Of a DNA stretch of 64,000 nt, positions 61,701-64,000 are shown in pieces; the first letter of the stretch is position 1, and the number at the start of each line of letters is the position of its first letter. Under the pieces are notes generated by a model, which was not told the origin of the DNA, did no database searches, and saw nothing but the letters and a program-made list of their open reading frames with translations. A program made the position numbers and the translations under genes. This DNA comes from Octopus vulgaris (Eukaryota): positions 15,314,001 through 15,378,000 of the forward strand of contig OX597827.1 of NCBI GenBank assembly GCA_951406725.2. The letters run 5' to 3'.

Positions 61701-63296
61701 GATCTTGTGAGTAAATTTGGTTGAGAGAAATTGTGTGGAAGCCAGTTGCATACGTGTGTGTGTGTTTATCCCTCCCACCACTTGACAACCAGTGTTGGTT
61801 TGTTTATGGCTCCATAATTTAGCAGTTCAGCAAAAGAGTCTTGATAGAATAAGTACCAGGTATAAAGAAAATAAGTACTGGGGTCGATTTCTTTGACTAA
61901 ACAAGTGGTTCTCAACCAGGGTCCATATGATGGCCCTTGAGAGTCTATATAAGGTTTTGTTAAAATTTATGTATAATAAATTGCTGCAATACACAAAATA
62001 TTAAAATTTTTTCTATACATATCTGACCCATGCCAGCATGGAAAAGCAGACACAAAACTCTGAACACAAACAAAGGACCCAACCAAAATTATGAAGTATA
62101 AATAAGGACCCCACTGGCATGGTTGTGGGTTAAGAAGCTCAATTTACAACAACAAGTATTCAGGTTCAGTCCTACTGCATGGCACCTTAGCCTGGGGCCA
62201 ACCAGTGTTTTGTAAGTGAATTTTGTAGACAGAAACTGTGTCAAAGCTGGTCAAGTACATATGTGTGTGTCTTTGTGTTTGTTCCCTAATACTGCTTGAG
62301 AACAAGTGTTGGTTTGTTTACATCCACCTCAGTGCTTAATTGGTGCTCGTTTTGCTGACCCCCAAAAGGATTAAAGGTAAAGTTGACCTTGGCAGAATTC
62401 GAACTCAGAACATAAAGCCCAAAGAAATACCACTGTCCAGTGTACAAACAATTCTGACAGTTCACCACTTCAATAATAATAGTGATCCTTTCTACTATGA
62501 GCACAAGGCCTGAAATTTGGAGGGAGGGGACTAGTCAATTACATTGACCCCAGTGTTTCACTGGTGCTTAATTTATTGACCCCAAAAGGTTGAAAGGCAG
62601 AGTCAACCTCGGTGGAATTTGAACTCAGAACATAAAGACGGATGAAATACTGCTAAGCATTTTGCCTAGCATGCTAACAATTCTGCCAGCTCACTACCTT
62701 AATGCAAATAACAATCCTCTCTACAGTAGATACAAGGCTTGAAATTTTGGGGAGTGCTCAACTGGTACTTATTTTATAAACCCTTGAAAGGAGAAGTCAG
62801 CGTTAAAGGAATTTAAACTTGGAACATAAAAATGGGCAAAATGCTTAGTGGGTGGTGGCGATCTCTGCTGTACTCTTTCGCCACAACTTTCTCTCACTCT
62901 TTCTTCTGTTGGCCTGCTCGCTTAGCCAGCAGATGGCGTCATTTGAAGACTAAAACAATGCGAAGTGTATTGTGACCAACGATGTGTAGCAACATCTGAT
63001 AGCCTGGTCGGTCACGGTGATATATATATATATATATATATATACGATGGGCTTCTTTTGGTTTCTGTCTACCAAATCCACTCATAAGGCTTTGGTCAGC
63101 CCGAGGCTATAGTATAAGACACTAGCCCAAGGTGTCACACAGTGGGACTGAACCCGGAACCATGTGGTTGGTAAGCAAGCTACTTACCACACAGCCACTC
63201 CTGCACTTAAGAGCCACTGTCCAGCATACTAATGATTCTGCAAGTTCACTGCTTTAATAATGGTTATAATAAAATAATAATAATAATAATGGTAAT

Positions 63297-63560
63297 GAGA
63301 AATATGCCAAAGAAATTGGAATTTACATGAATCAGAGCAGGCCCCAAAAACTGCTCTATTGGGGACAGCTAGGATTTTGAGGTTAGTAATTGGGTGTTGA
63401 GTATCTTCCATAATAGTTAACATTCAAGTACCAAGGAAATAGACACTGTGAGACCTCTGACAACAGGTCGCTATCCACTCTCGCAGAATCAACCATTGCA
63501 AGTAAGACCAGGAGCTCTGGTGAGGTAAAATATAATAATAATAATAATATTAATAATAAC
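63297..63560 (+). mobile_element. R4/Dong-like (restriction-like endonuclease) non-LTR element 3' end in a (TAA)n tract
   Basis: Encodes EQAPKTALLGTARILRLVIGC*, matching the QK.ALLGTARILR end of RLE-bearing ORFs; (TAA)n on both sides. Confidence 0.7.
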
Positions 63561-64000
63561 AATGGTTTCAAATCTTGGCACAAGGCCAGCAATTTTGAGG
63601 AGAATGGATTAGTCAGTACTATCAAACCCAGTACCTAACTGGTATTTTATTTTATTAACCTCAGAAGAGTGAAAAGCAAAATGGACTTTCGCAGGATGAA
63701 ATACTGCAAAACATATTTCCAGTGTTCACCACCTTTCAATAATAATCAGAGCATTATATGAATCCCAGTATATCTATCATGACTATCCATCTGATAGGGG
63801 TACACCACGTACATGCATAACAACTATATGTGCGTGACATGGTGATTTCATATCAAGATTAACACCGCATGACTTTGCAGGTAGGGCCCAGTTAGAATTT
63901 TCTTCGGGTAAAGTAGTCCATCCCGCTCAAAAGGCCCCTGAATAAGGGTTATTTAAGGATGTTTCCAAAGGTGAATTAGTCAAACCCCGAAGAATTCCTC

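Overview
AT-rich, repeat-dense animal genomic DNA. The C2H2 gene style, SINE families and microsatellite load point to a cephalopod, probably Octopus (inference). Only two convincing protein-coding genes are present, arranged divergently. Each has a single coding exon with a tandem C2H2 zinc-finger array: ZF1 at 5525-7213 (-) and ZF2 at 52251-54125 (+). The remainder is several SINE families, LINE 3' fragments (CR1, RTE, L1/Tx1-like, R4/Dong-like), a decayed mariner, Merlin-like MITEs carrying TTAGGG repeats, piggyBac-like MITEs, non-autonomous Helitrons and large microsatellites. Almost all short ORFs in the track are repeat artefacts. The most interesting signal is a set of short elements embedded in (TA)n tracts that carry hammerhead-ribozyme motifs and fold-back inversions, consistent with Penelope-like retroelement termini. 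One has a near-complete type I hammerhead (13673-13757), one is fused to a tRNA-derived head (4567-5092), and one sits beside a decayed Penelope-like ORF end (30040-30722). Other leads are two miRNA-like hairpins, a NYMW motif shared by both ZF proteins, homogenised finger helices possibly reading trinucleotide repeats, and a SINE/LINE shared 3' stem-loop. All structures were read by eye; no folding or database search was run.
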